Origin: Burkholderiaceae bacterium
Lineage (GTDB): Bacteria; Pseudomonadota; Gammaproteobacteria; Burkholderiales; Burkholderiaceae_C
Direction of reading: 5' to 3'
Length of the DNA stretch: 64,000 bases
Assembly: GCA_024235915.1 (NCBI GenBank)
Contig: JACKLO010000025.1
Coordinates: forward strand, 3,554 to 67,553
In this document: in pieces, positions 41,406 through 51,152 of the stretch
How positions within the stretch are numbered: position 1 is the first letter of the stretch
Layout: each line of letters starts with the position of its first letter
Notes under the pieces: generated by a model
What the model was told of the DNA's origin: nothing
Seen by the model: only the letters and a program-made list of their open reading frames with translations
Database searches by the model: none
Made by a program: the position numbers and the translations under genes

Positions 41406-43236
41406 CCCGCGTCTCGGCGTACAGCCGCTCGACCTCGGCCCCACGGTGCGCCAGCACCGCGCGCTGGTTGATGGAGCCCTTGTCGGTGACCTCGCCGCGG
41501 TCGATGGACGGCGGCTCGGCCAGCAGCAGCGCCGCCGCCGGGCGCGTGGCGCTGCCGGTGCCCTCGGCCCACAGGCGGTCCATCAGCGCCTGGAAGGCCT
41601 CGCGCACGGCAGGCGCGGCCAGCACCTGCGTGGCGGTCCAGTCCTCCGGGAGGTTGAACTTGCGGCGGATGTCGGCCACCCGCGGGAACACCAGCAGGCC
41701 GATGAAGTCGCGGTTCAGGCCGGCCACCACCACGTCCTGCACCATCGGGTCCCCCGCAAGCACGACCTTGGCACGCAGCGGGCCCACGCTGACGAAGGTG
41801 CCGGTGGCGAGCTTGAAGTCCTCGGCGATGCGGCCGTCGAAGCGCAGGCCCTTCAGGGGGTCGGCCGGGTCCTTGAACACCACGGCGTCGCCGGTGCGGT
41901 AGAAGCCCTCGTCGTCAAAGGCCTCGGCCGTCTGCTCCGGCATGCGCCAGTAGCCGGGCATCACGTTCGGGCCCTTGAAGCGGATCTCGGTCTTGCCGCT
42001 GCCCTCGGCGTTGGGCACCAGCTTCACATCCACACCCGGCACCGGCAGGCCGATGTCGCCGCTCTGCACGTTGCTGCCCAGCGCGAAGGTGCATGACGGC
42101 GCGGTCTCCGTCATGCCCAGGCCGGTGAAGATGCAGATGCGTTCGCCGACGGTCTCTTCCCCCAGCCGGTCCAGGTGGTCCCAGACGGCCTGGCTGAGGC
42201 CGGCGCCGGCGAACATGAAGGCCTTGACGCGCGAATACAGCGTCTTGCGCAGGACCTCGTCGTGGTCCATCGCATTGGCGATCTCCTCGAAGCCCTTGGG
42301 CACGTTGAAGTAGATCGTCGGCGCGATCTCGCGCAGGTTGCGCAGCGTCTGCGCCATGCCGGCCGGCGTGGGCTTGCCGTCGTCGATGTACAGCGTGCCG
42401 CCGTTGTAGAGCACGATGCCGACGTTGTGGTTGCCGCCGAAGGTGTGGTTCCACGGCAGCCAGTCCACCAGCACCGGCGGTTCGCTGGCCAGGAAGGCGA
42501 AACACTGGCGGATCTGCTGCAGGTTGGCGCACAGCATGCGGTGCGTGTTGATCACGCCCTTGGGCTGCTTTGTGGAGCCGCTGGTGAACAGGAACTTGGC
42601 GATGGTGTCCGGGCCCACCGCCGCGTGCGCGGCCGCGGCTTCGGCCCCGGCAGGCGTGTCCAGCAGGCTGGCGAAGCGCTCGTACGCGCGGCCGTCCGGC
42701 AGTTCACCCTGGGTGAGCACCACCGCGGCGTCGGGCATGCAGGCAGCGATCGCACGGCCGTAGGCGGCGCCGTTGCTGGCGAACACCAGGCCCGGCGTCA
42801 GCGTGCCCAGGATCTGGCGCAGCTTGCCGAAATCCTGCGACACGGTGGCATACGCCGGCGAGATGGGCGCATAGGGCACACCCACCCACATCGCGCCCAG
42901 CGCCAGGGTCAGGTGCTCGAGGTCGTTCTCCGACAGGATCGCCACCGGCCGCTCGGCCGACAGGCCGTGCTTGAGCAGCGCCTGGCCCACACGCTGCGCG
43001 CGGTCCAGCATCTGGGCGTAGGTGATGGTGACCCAGGCACCGTCGGCACCGCAGCGGGCGACGAAGACGCGGTCGGGCGTGGTGGCGGCCCAATGTTCGA
43101 GACGGTCGGTCAGGCGCGCCGGGAAGTCGCCCAGGGTGTCGCTGGAGCGCAGCACCTGGGTACCGTCGGCGCGCGTCTCCAGCGTGGCGTGCAGCACGCC
43201 GCCGACGTCCGCCTGCCGGTACTTCACCGCGCTCAT
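41377..43236 (-). CDS. fcs: Feruloyl/hydroxycinnamoyl-CoA synthetase
   Basis: FTSGSTKQPKGV, DWLPWNHTFGGNHN, GMTET, FDGRIAEDFKL, EVTDKGSINQR. Confidence 0.9.
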   Translation of the reverse strand: MSAVKYRQADVGGVLHATLETRADGTQVLRSSDTLGDFPARLTDRLEHWAATTPDRVFVARCGADGAWVTITYAQMLDRAQRVGQALLKHGLSAERPVAILSENDLEHLTLALGAMWVGVPYAPISPAYATVSQDFGKLRQILGTLTPGLVFASNGAAYGRAIAACMPDAAVVLTQGELPDGRAYERFASLLDTPAGAEAAAAHAAVGPDTIAKFLFTSGSTKQPKGVINTHRMLCANLQQIRQCFAFLASEPPVLVDWLPWNHTFGGNHNVGIVLYNGGTLYIDDGKPTPAGMAQTLRNLREIAPTIYFNVPKGFEEIANAMDHDEVLRKTLYSRVKAFMFAGAGLSQAVWDHLDRLGEETVGERICIFTGLGMTETAPSCTFALGSNVQSGDIGLPVPGVDVKLVPNAEGSGKTEIRFKGPNVMPGYWRMPEQTAEAFDDEGFYRTGDAVVFKDPADPLKGLRFDGRIAEDFKLATGTFVSVGPLRAKVVLAGDPMVQDVVVAGLNRDFIGLLVFPRVADIRRKFNLPEDWTATQVLAAPAVREAFQALMDRLWAEGTGSATRPAAALLLAEPPSIDRGEVTDKGSINQRAVLAHRGAEVERLYAETRDAEVIVPRR

Positions 43237-44030
43237 TGCGGCTTCTCCACCTTGGCCGCGCGCTTCTCCAGGAAGGCGCGCAGGCGCTCCTTGGCCGCCG
43301 GCTCGCCCTGGGCGATGGCGGCCACCAACGACTCGACGAACAGGCCCTGCTCCGGCGCCAGTTCGGCGATGCGCGGCAGCGCCTGGATCACGGCGTAGTT
43401 GGACATCGGCGCGTTGGCGGCAATCTTCTGCGCCAGCGCCAGGCCCTTGGCCAGGCCCTCGCCTGGCTGCACCAGGTAGGTGGACAGGCCCATGGCCTGC
43501 GCCTCCTCGGCGTCCAGCACACGGCCGGTGAGCATCATGTCAGCCACCCGCGCCGCGCCGATCAGCCGCGGCACGCGCACCGAGCCGCCGCCGCCGACGA
43601 AGATGCCGCGCTGGCCTTCGGGGAAGGCGTAGAAGGCGTTGTTCTCCGCCACGCGCACATGGCAGGCCGCGGCGATCTCCAGCCCGCCACCGACCACCGC
43701 GCCGTGCAGCACCGCCACCACGGGCACCGGTGAATACTGGATGCGGTCCAGCGCCGAATGCCATCCGCGCGAGTGCAGGATGCCCTGGAAGACGTTGCGC
43801 TCGCTGAGTTCCGACAGGTCCAGCCCGGCGCAGAAGTGTTCGCCATGGCCGCTGAGCACGATGGCGCGCACGTCGGCCGGGATGGCCGAGAACTGCGCAT
43901 CGAGCGCGGCGATGAGCGCATCATTGGCCGCGTTGCGCTTGGCCGGGCGGTTCAGGGCCAGGTGCAGCACGTCGCCGTGGCGGCTGCTCTGGATCAGGGA
44001 TTCGGTCTCGGCCATCGCGTCGGTCTCCAT
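43233..44030 (-). CDS. Enoyl-CoA hydratase / crotonase family
   Basis: LNRPAKRNA, FCAGLDL, VVGGGLE, PEGQRGIFVGGG. Confidence 0.9.
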   Translation of the reverse strand: METDAMAETESLIQSSRHGDVLHLALNRPAKRNAANDALIAALDAQFSAIPADVRAIVLSGHGEHFCAGLDLSELSERNVFQGILHSRGWHSALDRIQYSPVPVVAVLHGAVVGGGLEIAAACHVRVAENNAFYAFPEGQRGIFVGGGGSVRVPRLIGAARVADMMLTGRVLDAEEAQAMGLSTYLVQPGEGLAKGLALAQKIAANAPMSNYAVIQALPRIAELAPEQGLFVESLVAAIAQGEPAAKERLRAFLEKRAAKVEKPQ

Positions 44031-44040
44031 CGACAAAGTA

Positions 44041-44055
44041 CTTACATTATGTAAG
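44041..44055. promoter_or_regulatory. Palindromic operator, probably MarR-type
   Basis: CTTACAT-T-ATGTAAG perfect palindrome in the AT-rich 63 bp divergent spacer, overlapping a CATAAT -10 on the minus strand. Confidence 0.7.
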
Positions 44056-44093
44056 CATCACGCCTGAGCAAGCAAGTCCGCAGGAGCAAGGCC

Positions 44094-44972
44094 ATGAACA
44101 TCGACGACCTGGTCGCCATCGACATCCACACGCACGCCGAGGTGTCGTGCTGGAACCCGTTCGACAACTATGGCGAGGAGTACGACCGCGCCGCCGACAA
44201 GTACTTCGGCTCCAACCGGCGGCCGACGATCGCCGAGACGATCGAGTACTACCGCAAGATCAAGGTCGGCCTGGTGATGTTCACCGTGGACAGCGAGAGC
44301 CAGCTCGGCCGCCGCCGCATCCCCAACGAGGAGATCGCCGAGGCCGCGGCGCAGAACAGCGACATGATGATCGCCTTCGGCAGCATCGACCCCCACAAGG
44401 GCAAGATGGGAGCGCGTGAGGCACGACGGCTGATCACCGAGCACGGGGTGAAGGGGTTCAAGTTCCACCCCACGGTGCAGGGCTTCCTGCCCTACGACCG
44501 CATGGCCTGGCCGCTGTACGAGGTGATCGCCGAGTACAAGCTGCCCGCCATCTTCCACAGCGGCCACAGCGGCATCGGCAGCGGCATGCGCTGCGGTGGC
44601 GGCCTGCGGATCCAGAACAGCAACCCGATGCTGCTAGAAGACGTGGCGATCGACTTCCCCGACATGAACATCATCGTCGCCCACCCCAGCTGGCCCTGGC
44701 AGGACGAGGCGCTGAGCCTGGCGCTGCACAAGCCCAACGTCTACATCGACCTCAGCGGCTGGAGCCCCAAGTACTTTCCGCCGCAACTCGTGCAGTACGC
44801 CAACACGCTGCTGAAGGACCGCATGCTCTTCGGCAGTGACTTTCCACTGATCACGCCCGAGCGCTGGATGAAGGACTTCGACGAAGCCGGCTTCAAGGAC
44901 AAGGTCAAGCCCGGCATCCTGAAGGACAACGCGGCGCGGCTGCTGGGACTGAAGCCGGCGGCGGTCGCCTGA
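44094..44972 (+). CDS. Amidohydrolase family (CouO-like hydroxyphenyl-beta-ketoacyl-CoA hydrolase)
   Basis: AIDIHTH, GFKFHP, FHSG, AHPSWPW, DLSGWSPKY, FGSDFP; divergent from crotonase-fcs. Confidence 0.8.
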   Translation: MNIDDLVAIDIHTHAEVSCWNPFDNYGEEYDRAADKYFGSNRRPTIAETIEYYRKIKVGLVMFTVDSESQLGRRRIPNEEIAEAAAQNSDMMIAFGSIDPHKGKMGAREARRLITEHGVKGFKFHPTVQGFLPYDRMAWPLYEVIAEYKLPAIFHSGHSGIGSGMRCGGGLRIQNSNPMLLEDVAIDFPDMNIIVAHPSWPWQDEALSLALHKPNVYIDLSGWSPKYFPPQLVQYANTLLKDRMLFGSDFPLITPERWMKDFDEAGFKDKVKPGILKDNAARLLGLKPAAVA

Positions 44973-45026
44973 CCACGTTCTGATTTGGGCGTGGCGAGGC
45001 GGCCAGCCGCGCCGCCGCCAGGCCGC

Positions 45027-45617
45027 TCACTCCAGCCTGAAGCCGGCGTGGCAGGCCACGCAGGTCTGCGTCAAGCCGGCCAGTGCCGCCTGGGCGCTGC
45101 GCAGGTCGCCCGTGGCGCCCGCATCCCGCGCCGCCACGGCCAGGCGGCTGGCGCTGCGGTGCATGGCGGTGCCGGCGGCCTGCATGGCCGGCGGCATGAA
45201 GCGAGCCACCTCGTGCGCGCCATGGTCGTGCAGCGACGACATGCCCAGGCGGCGCTCCGCCGTGTCGGCCGCAGCATCCCATCGGCCGTCGGCCAGGGCC
45301 TGCTGGATCTCCGCCAGCGCCGCCAGGTGGTCGCGCATGTTGGCCAATGTGTGGGCTCGCATCGGGGGTGGAAACTGGACCGGCACACGCGCGTCCGGTG
45401 GCAGCATCCCGGCGTGGCCACCGTGGCCCGCATGATCGTCGGCGGCAGCCATATGGGCGCCGGCATGGGCGCCAGCATGGGCGCTGGCATGGACACCGGC
45501 AGGCATGCCCATGTGGGCCGCGTGTTCATGCGGAACCGGGTGCTCGGCGGCACAGCCGGCGAGCAGGGCCGCAGCGGCAAGGGTCGGGGCGAAGGAAAGA
45601 TGGCCAAGCCGAGTCAT
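45027..45617 (-). CDS. His-rich lipoprotein with C-terminal class II (cytochrome c'-like) heme motif
   Basis: Lipobox LLAGC, His-rich linker, helical domain ending CVACHAGFRLE. Confidence 0.72.
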   Translation of the reverse strand: MTRLGHLSFAPTLAAAALLAGCAAEHPVPHEHAAHMGMPAGVHASAHAGAHAGAHMAAADDHAGHGGHAGMLPPDARVPVQFPPPMRAHTLANMRDHLAALAEIQQALADGRWDAAADTAERRLGMSSLHDHGAHEVARFMPPAMQAAGTAMHRSASRLAVAARDAGATGDLRSAQAALAGLTQTCVACHAGFRLE

Positions 45618-45864
45618 GCGCGCATCTTGCACGCTGTCGATGCCCGGCGCCACCGCGCGGGGGTGCCGGCGGCAGGCGGGATGACCACACCGCCGGACTT
45701 CAGCGCACACAGAGCAACGAACCAGCCGATCCCAGCAGACGCCACACCCACGCCCACTGTCGATTCACGCCGCCGGGCTGCACTTCGTCGCAGCGCCCTG
45801 GCCTGCAGCGCAGGCCGGCGGCACAGTCACGCCATCGACAACCCGCGCCACCAGGAGCTTCACC

Positions 45865-46218
45865 ATGCGCCCGATCAAGGACCTCACCGACGCCGTCACC
45901 ATGCCGCTGCGCGCGCTGTTTGTGGTGGGCATCTGCTGGGCCATCAACGCCATGACCTCTCCGGGCCACTGGTGGGTCTGGTGGGTGGCGCTGGGCATGG
46001 GCATCGCCACCCTGGTGGCCTGGGCCCGCGGCCTGCGCACGGCCCTGGTGCTGGCCCTGGTGTACTTCGGCGGGCGCTGGATCTACCGACGCTACGGTGA
46101 AGGCGCCCGCGCGGCCTTCGACCAATGGGCGCAGCGCACGCAGCCGAAGGCCGCCGAAGTGGTGCAGGCCTTCCTGCAGCCGGGCCAGCGCTTCGGCAGC
46201 GACGGCGTGCGGCACTGA
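45865..46218 (+). CDS. Small membrane hypothetical protein
   Basis: AGGAG RBS, hydrophobic segments, INAMTSPGHWWVWW. Confidence 0.65.
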   Translation: MRPIKDLTDAVTMPLRALFVVGICWAINAMTSPGHWWVWWVALGMGIATLVAWARGLRTALVLALVYFGGRWIYRRYGEGARAAFDQWAQRTQPKAAEVVQAFLQPGQRFGSDGVRH

Positions 46219-46246
46219 GTCGCAGTGGCCTCGCGGCTGAGTGGGC

Positions 46247-48661
46247 TCAGACCGCCGGCTCGGCCGGCAGCAACTCGTGCAGTTGCTGCGGCAGTTCCTC
46301 CAGCGTGCGCTCCTTGCGCAGCACGCGGCGCACACCGGCGGCCGCCATGCCGGCGGTGAGCTGCTCGGAGACGTAGCCGGTGCTCACGATCACCGGCAGG
46401 TCCGGCCGCAGCAGCTTCATGGCCGACGCCAGGTCCAGGCCCGTGCCGTCGGGCATGCTGTAGTCGGTGACCACCGCATCGAAGGCGGCGGGGTCCGTGC
46501 GGAACAGCGACAAGGCCTCGGCCACGCCACCCCGTACCGTGACGCGCCAGCCGTCGCGCCGCAGCAGCTGGTCCACCATGGTGGCCATCACGTCGTCGTC
46601 GTCCACATAGAGCACATGACGGCCATGCCCCTGCAGGGCATCCGCCGTCGCCGGCACCACGCTTGCGTTGGGCTCGGGCTCCAGCGGCAGCAGCGCGCCA
46701 GGCTGGGTGTCCTGCCGGGTCTGCAACGGCAGGTAGACGTGGAAGGTGGCCCCCTGGCCCGGGGCCGTGTCCACACGGATGCGCCCCTCGTGGGCGCGCA
46801 CGATGCCGTGCACCACCGACAGGCCCAGCCCCGTGCCCTGGCCCGGCGCCTTGGTGGTGAAGAAGGGTTCAAAGATGCGCGCCAGCGTGGCCGGGCTCAT
46901 GCCAGGGCCGTTGTCGCGCACCCACAGGTGCGCCCAGCCGGGCGATTCGATCGCGGCCGCGTCGTCGTCATGCGCATCGTCGCCCGATGCGGCAGGCGCC
47001 ACGGCGTCCAGCCCCACCTCCACGTTGCCACCGGCATCGCCCAAGGCATGCCAGGCGTTGGTGCACAGGTTCATCAGCACCTGCTGCATCTGCGTGCCAT
47101 CCACCGCCACCTGCAGCGGCGCGTCGTGCAGGCGGGCCTGCAGGTGCACACGCGCCGGCAGGGTGGCGCGCAGCAAGGCCAGCGACTCCTCCACCAGCGG
47201 ACGCAGCGGCTGCGTCACCCGCTGCTGCGGCTGCCGGCGGCTGAAGGCCAGGATCTGCTGCACCAGGTCGCGCGCACGCAGGCCGGATCTGCGGATCTGC
47301 TCCAGCCCGGCCCGCGCCGGGTGGCCGGCCGGCAGATCGGTCTGCGCCAGCACGGCATGGCCCAGGATGGCGCCCAGCACGTTGTTGAAGTCGTGCGCCA
47401 CGCCGCCGGCCAGCGTGCCCAGCGACTCCATCTTCTGCGCTTCGCGCAACTGCGCCTCCAGCGCCAGCCGCTGCTGCTCGGCGGTGTGGCGTTCGGTGAT
47501 GTCGCGCGCCACCCCCAAGCACCCCGATCAGCCGCCCAGCATCGTCCAGCACCGGTGTCTTGATGGTCTCGAACAGGCCGCGGTAGCCATCGGCCGCGAA
47601 TCTCAGCCATTCCTCGTTCACGCTGGGGCCGCCGGCGCGCATGGCCTTGAGGTCGTGGTGGCGGAAGAAGTCCGCCAGCTCCGCGGAGACGAAGTCGCGG
47701 TCGGTGTGGCCCACGATCTGCTCGCGGCTGGCGTTGTAGAGGCGTTCGATGCGCGGGTTGCAGTCGAGGTAGACGCCGTTCTCGTCCTTCAGCCAGAGCA
47801 GGTCCGGGATGGTCGCCAACGTCGTCCGCAACTGGCTCTGCGCCTGGGCCAGTTCGCGGTAGGGGCGATCGATCGTGGCCACGAAGATGGCGGAATAGAG
47901 GTAGGCATAGCCGACCACCTTGTAGGCGTGGCCGAGCATGTTGTAGTGGTCGGTGACGTCGGCATACAGCGTGAAGCAGACCTCGCCCAGCGCCATCGCC
48001 ACGCCGGCGATGAACAGGTGCGCCACATCGAAGGGGCTGGCGGCACGGGCACGCACGAGCAGCAGCACCGGCACGGCCCCATAGGCCAGCACGAGCACGA
48101 CCTCCCAACCGACCTTCAGGCGCGTCAGCACCTGTCCTGGGACGAACATCGGCGGCAGTGCCTGGGGCCAGAGCAGCACGGTCAGGAAGGCGCCCGCCAC
48201 CATGGCCAGCACGACGACCAAGGCCACACTGCCGTTGGCCCGCACGGATCCACGCCAGGGCAGGCCCAGCACGATGCCCAGCAACCCCAACGCAGCCAGG
48301 CTGCGCGCCAGCATCCAGAAGACGATGGCCTTGTCCGGGCTGCTGGGGGTGACGAGATCCGGCATGCCGGCAAACGACAACGCATGCCCCAGGTCGAGCA
48401 GGGCCACGCCCAGGAACGCCGCCCCGAGCCAGGCCGCATCGGGCCGGCCATGGCGCCGCAGGCCGCTCCAGGTCACCGCGAGACCATGGCCGAGGCCACG
48501 ATGGACACCAGTTCCACCAGCAGATGCACGGCCGCATAGCCGGCCAGACCGCGCATCCAGGACGGTGGCGGCAGCGCCACCACCAGCGCCAGGACGGCGC
48601 CCAGCGCCACCACCACGGGGGTGGCCCGCCGGATCGATGCATGACGGGGTTCGTGCAGCAT
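46247..48661 (-). pseudogene. Hybrid sensor kinase (MASE3-like TM, PAS, HisKA, HATPase, REC) split by two frameshifts (possibly sequencing errors)
   Basis: Three consecutive frames join: ..SIVASAMV / (F)AVTW..LDLGHALSFAGMPD..GRLIGVLG / VARDITE..AGGVAHDFNN..FEPFFTTK..GTGLGL..VDDD..TDYSMP. There is a -1 shift at ~48482 and a +1 shift at ~47515. Confidence 0.8.
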
Positions 48662-48897
48662 GCGCTTGCTCAGGATCAAGCGCCACCGAAGCGACCGATG
48701 CGGTTCATCGTCACACCAATGTCGGCGTAAGCCAAGCGAAATGTAGAAGGGTGTGAGAAGTCCCTTGACGTGCCTCAAGTGGAATGGAGCCATTTCATCG
48801 CCGACCTCGGGAAACCCCAGGGTGTACCTGGCCGACAGCCCTTCGTCCTTGCGACGTTTGCCGCTGGACGCGGCGGGCTTCACCCGGATCGGGGCGT

Positions 48898-50088
48898 TCA
48901 GCGCCGGCGCAGCACCAGGCCCTTGAGGTAGTCGCCTTCCGGGAAGAACAACGTGGCGGCGTGGTCCGGCGCCGCGTGCAGGCGCTGCAGGATGTCGGCG
49001 TCCACGCCCGCGTCCATGGCCGCACCGGCCACGATCTTGTGGAACAGGTCGGGCGCGATGCCGCCGGAGCAGGAAAAGGTCAACAGCAGGCCGCCCGGCG
49101 CCAGCAGCGGCAGCGCCAGGCGGTTGATGTCCTTGTACGCCCGCGCTGCACGGTCGGCGCTGGCCGCCGTGGGCGCGAACTTGGGCGGGTCGAGCACGAT
49201 GGCGTCAAAACGCTCGCCGGCGGCCAGCGCGTCGCGCAGGAAGCGGTTGGCGTCGCCTTCCACCGTGCGGCTGGCGGCGGCGTCGAAGCCGTTGAGCCGC
49301 ACGTGCTCGCCCACATGCGCCAGGGCCGGGCCGGAGGAATCGACGCTCGTCACCTCACGTGCGCCACCGGCCAGCGCCGCGATGCTGAAACCGCCGGTGT
49401 AGCTGAAGCAGTTCAGCACCCGCTGCGCGCCGAACTGGCGCACCAGGGCCGCAAAGCGGGCCCGGTTGTCACGCTGGTCCAGGTAGTAGCCGGTCTTGTG
49501 GCCGCGGGCCACGTCCAGCGTCAACCGCCAGCCGTGTTCTCGGATCGTGACGCCCGTGTCGTCCGGCTCGCCACCCCCACGCAGCCAGCCGCAGCGCTCC
49601 TCCAGGCCTTCCATCTGGCGCACGGCGGCGTCGGAACGTTCATACAGGCGCGTGCAGCCGGTGGCCTGCAGCAGCGCGTCGGCGATCGTCTCGCGCCAGC
49701 GCTCGACCCCAGCGGCGCCGAACTGCGCCACCAGCGTGTCGCCATAGCGGTCCACCACCAGGGCCGGCAGGCCGTCGGCCTCGGCGTGCACCAGGCGCAG
49801 GCCGTCGCTGTCGATGGCCAACGCCTGACGCGCAGCCACGGCGGCCTGGATGCGGCGCGCAAAGAAGGCGTGGTCGATCCGCTCGGCCTCGTCGAAGCTC
49901 CAGGCCCGCACGCGGATGCGGCTGGCCGGGCTGAAAGCGCCCCAAGCCAGGAAGCGGCCGTCGGCGCTTTCCACGCGCACCGTCTCACCGGCGTCGGCGC
50001 GCCCCTTGTCCACCGCACCGTCGAACACCCAGGGGTGGCGGTGCAGCAGGCTGCGTTCACGGCCGGGCCGCAGGCGAATGCTCTTCAT
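48898..50088 (-). CDS. rlmI: 23S rRNA m5C1962 methyltransferase RlmI-like
   Basis: HPWVF, EADGLPALVVDRY, GHKTGYYLDQRDNR, FSYTGGF, LDPPKF, FSCS, EGDYLKG. Confidence 0.88.
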   Translation of the reverse strand: MKSIRLRPGRERSLLHRHPWVFDGAVDKGRADAGETVRVESADGRFLAWGAFSPASRIRVRAWSFDEAERIDHAFFARRIQAAVAARQALAIDSDGLRLVHAEADGLPALVVDRYGDTLVAQFGAAGVERWRETIADALLQATGCTRLYERSDAAVRQMEGLEERCGWLRGGGEPDDTGVTIREHGWRLTLDVARGHKTGYYLDQRDNRARFAALVRQFGAQRVLNCFSYTGGFSIAALAGGAREVTSVDSSGPALAHVGEHVRLNGFDAAASRTVEGDANRFLRDALAAGERFDAIVLDPPKFAPTAASADRAARAYKDINRLALPLLAPGGLLLTFSCSGGIAPDLFHKIVAGAAMDAGVDADILQRLHAAPDHAATLFFPEGDYLKGLVLRRR

Positions 50089-50288
50089 GCTTTGCGCCGG
50101 GCGCGCGGATGCGCCGCGTCGTAGACCTTGGCCAGGTGCTGACAACGCGCGCCTGCGCGTTGCGTCGCAGGCTCACATCGCGCAGCGATGTGAAGGCGCG
50201 TAGCGCCGGGCCGCAGACAAAATCCAGCTGTCTTCACTTGCGTCGGGCACGGGGGTGCGCCGCGTCGTAGACCTTGGCCAGGTGCTGA
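50085..50288 (-). repeat. Direct duplication of the xerC 3' end flanking a hairpin-rich spacer (att-like scar)
   Basis: 33 bp identical at 50110-50142 and 50256-50288; flanks encode AHPRARRK in both copies with only third-position changes. Confidence 0.85.
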
Positions 50289-51145
50289 AAATCCAGCCGC
50301 GTGTACACCTGCGTGGTGGCGATGCTGGCATGGCCCAACAGCTCCTGCACTGCCCGCAGGTCACCGCTGCTCTGCAGCAGGTGCGAGGCAAAACTGTGGC
50401 GCAGCATGTGCGGATGCACGTGGGTGGGCAGGCCGGCCTGCAGCGCCAGGGCCTTCAGGCGGCTGCGCACCTGGCTGGCGCTCAGGCGTGCGCCGCGACG
50501 GCTGACGATCAGCGCCGGTTCGCCCGCCGCCGCCAAGGTGGCCCGCAGCGGCAGCCAGTCCTGCAGCGCCTGCAGCGCGGCCCGGCCCACGGGCACGCTG
50601 CGGCGCTTGCCGCCCTTGCCCAGCACGTGGGCGGTGGCGTCCTGCAGGTCGACCCAGCCGGCCGCGGTAGCCGAAGGCCCGGCATCCAGGCCCACCAGTT
50701 CGCCCACGCGCAGGCCGCAGCCGTAGAGCAGTTCCACCACGCAGTGGTCGCGCGCGGCCAGCGCCGGGTCGTCAGCCTCCGGCGTCTGGTCGGCCAGGGC
50801 CACGGCATGGTCCACCGACAAGGCCTTGGGCAGCGGGCGCCCGGCCTTCGGGGCTCGCACGCCTTCCACCGGGTTCACCTGCAAGGCCCCGGCATGCCCC
50901 CACCAGCGGTACAGACCGCGCCAGGCCGAGAGCTGCTGCGCCAGGCTGCGCGGCGCCAGGCCCTGGCGATGCAGCCGCGCCACCCAGCCGCGCACATGGT
51001 GGGGCTGCACGGCGGCCAGGTCCACGCCGTCCGCTTTGGCCAGGGCCTGCAGCCGGCCCAGCGCATCGGCATAGGCCTGCAGCGTGCGCGGCGAGGCCCG
51101 GCGCTCGACACGCAGGTGCTCGAGCCAGGCCTCGGCGGGCTGCAT
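50234..51145 (-). CDS. xerC: Tyrosine recombinase XerC
   Basis: LYGCGLRVGEL, GKGGKRRSVP, HPHMLRHSFASH, LLGHASIATTQVY, AHPRA; dapF-DUF484-xerC synteny. Confidence 0.93.
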   Translation of the reverse strand: MQPAEAWLEHLRVERRASPRTLQAYADALGRLQALAKADGVDLAAVQPHHVRGWVARLHRQGLAPRSLAQQLSAWRGLYRWWGHAGALQVNPVEGVRAPKAGRPLPKALSVDHAVALADQTPEADDPALAARDHCVVELLYGCGLRVGELVGLDAGPSATAAGWVDLQDATAHVLGKGGKRRSVPVGRAALQALQDWLPLRATLAAAGEPALIVSRRGARLSASQVRSRLKALALQAGLPTHVHPHMLRHSFASHLLQSSGDLRAVQELLGHASIATTQVYTRLDFQHLAKVYDAAHPRARRK

Positions 51146-51152
51146 GCGCAGG

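Noticed and set aside
48662-48897. AT-richer intergenic stretch as a riboswitch or sRNA
   Set aside because: No recognisable aptamer core; consistent with an ordinary promoter region.
50234-51145. Tyrosine recombinase as a phage or integron integrase
   Set aside because: dapF-DUF484-xerC synteny and the AHPRA tail identify housekeeping XerC; no IntI-specific insertion or cassette array seen.
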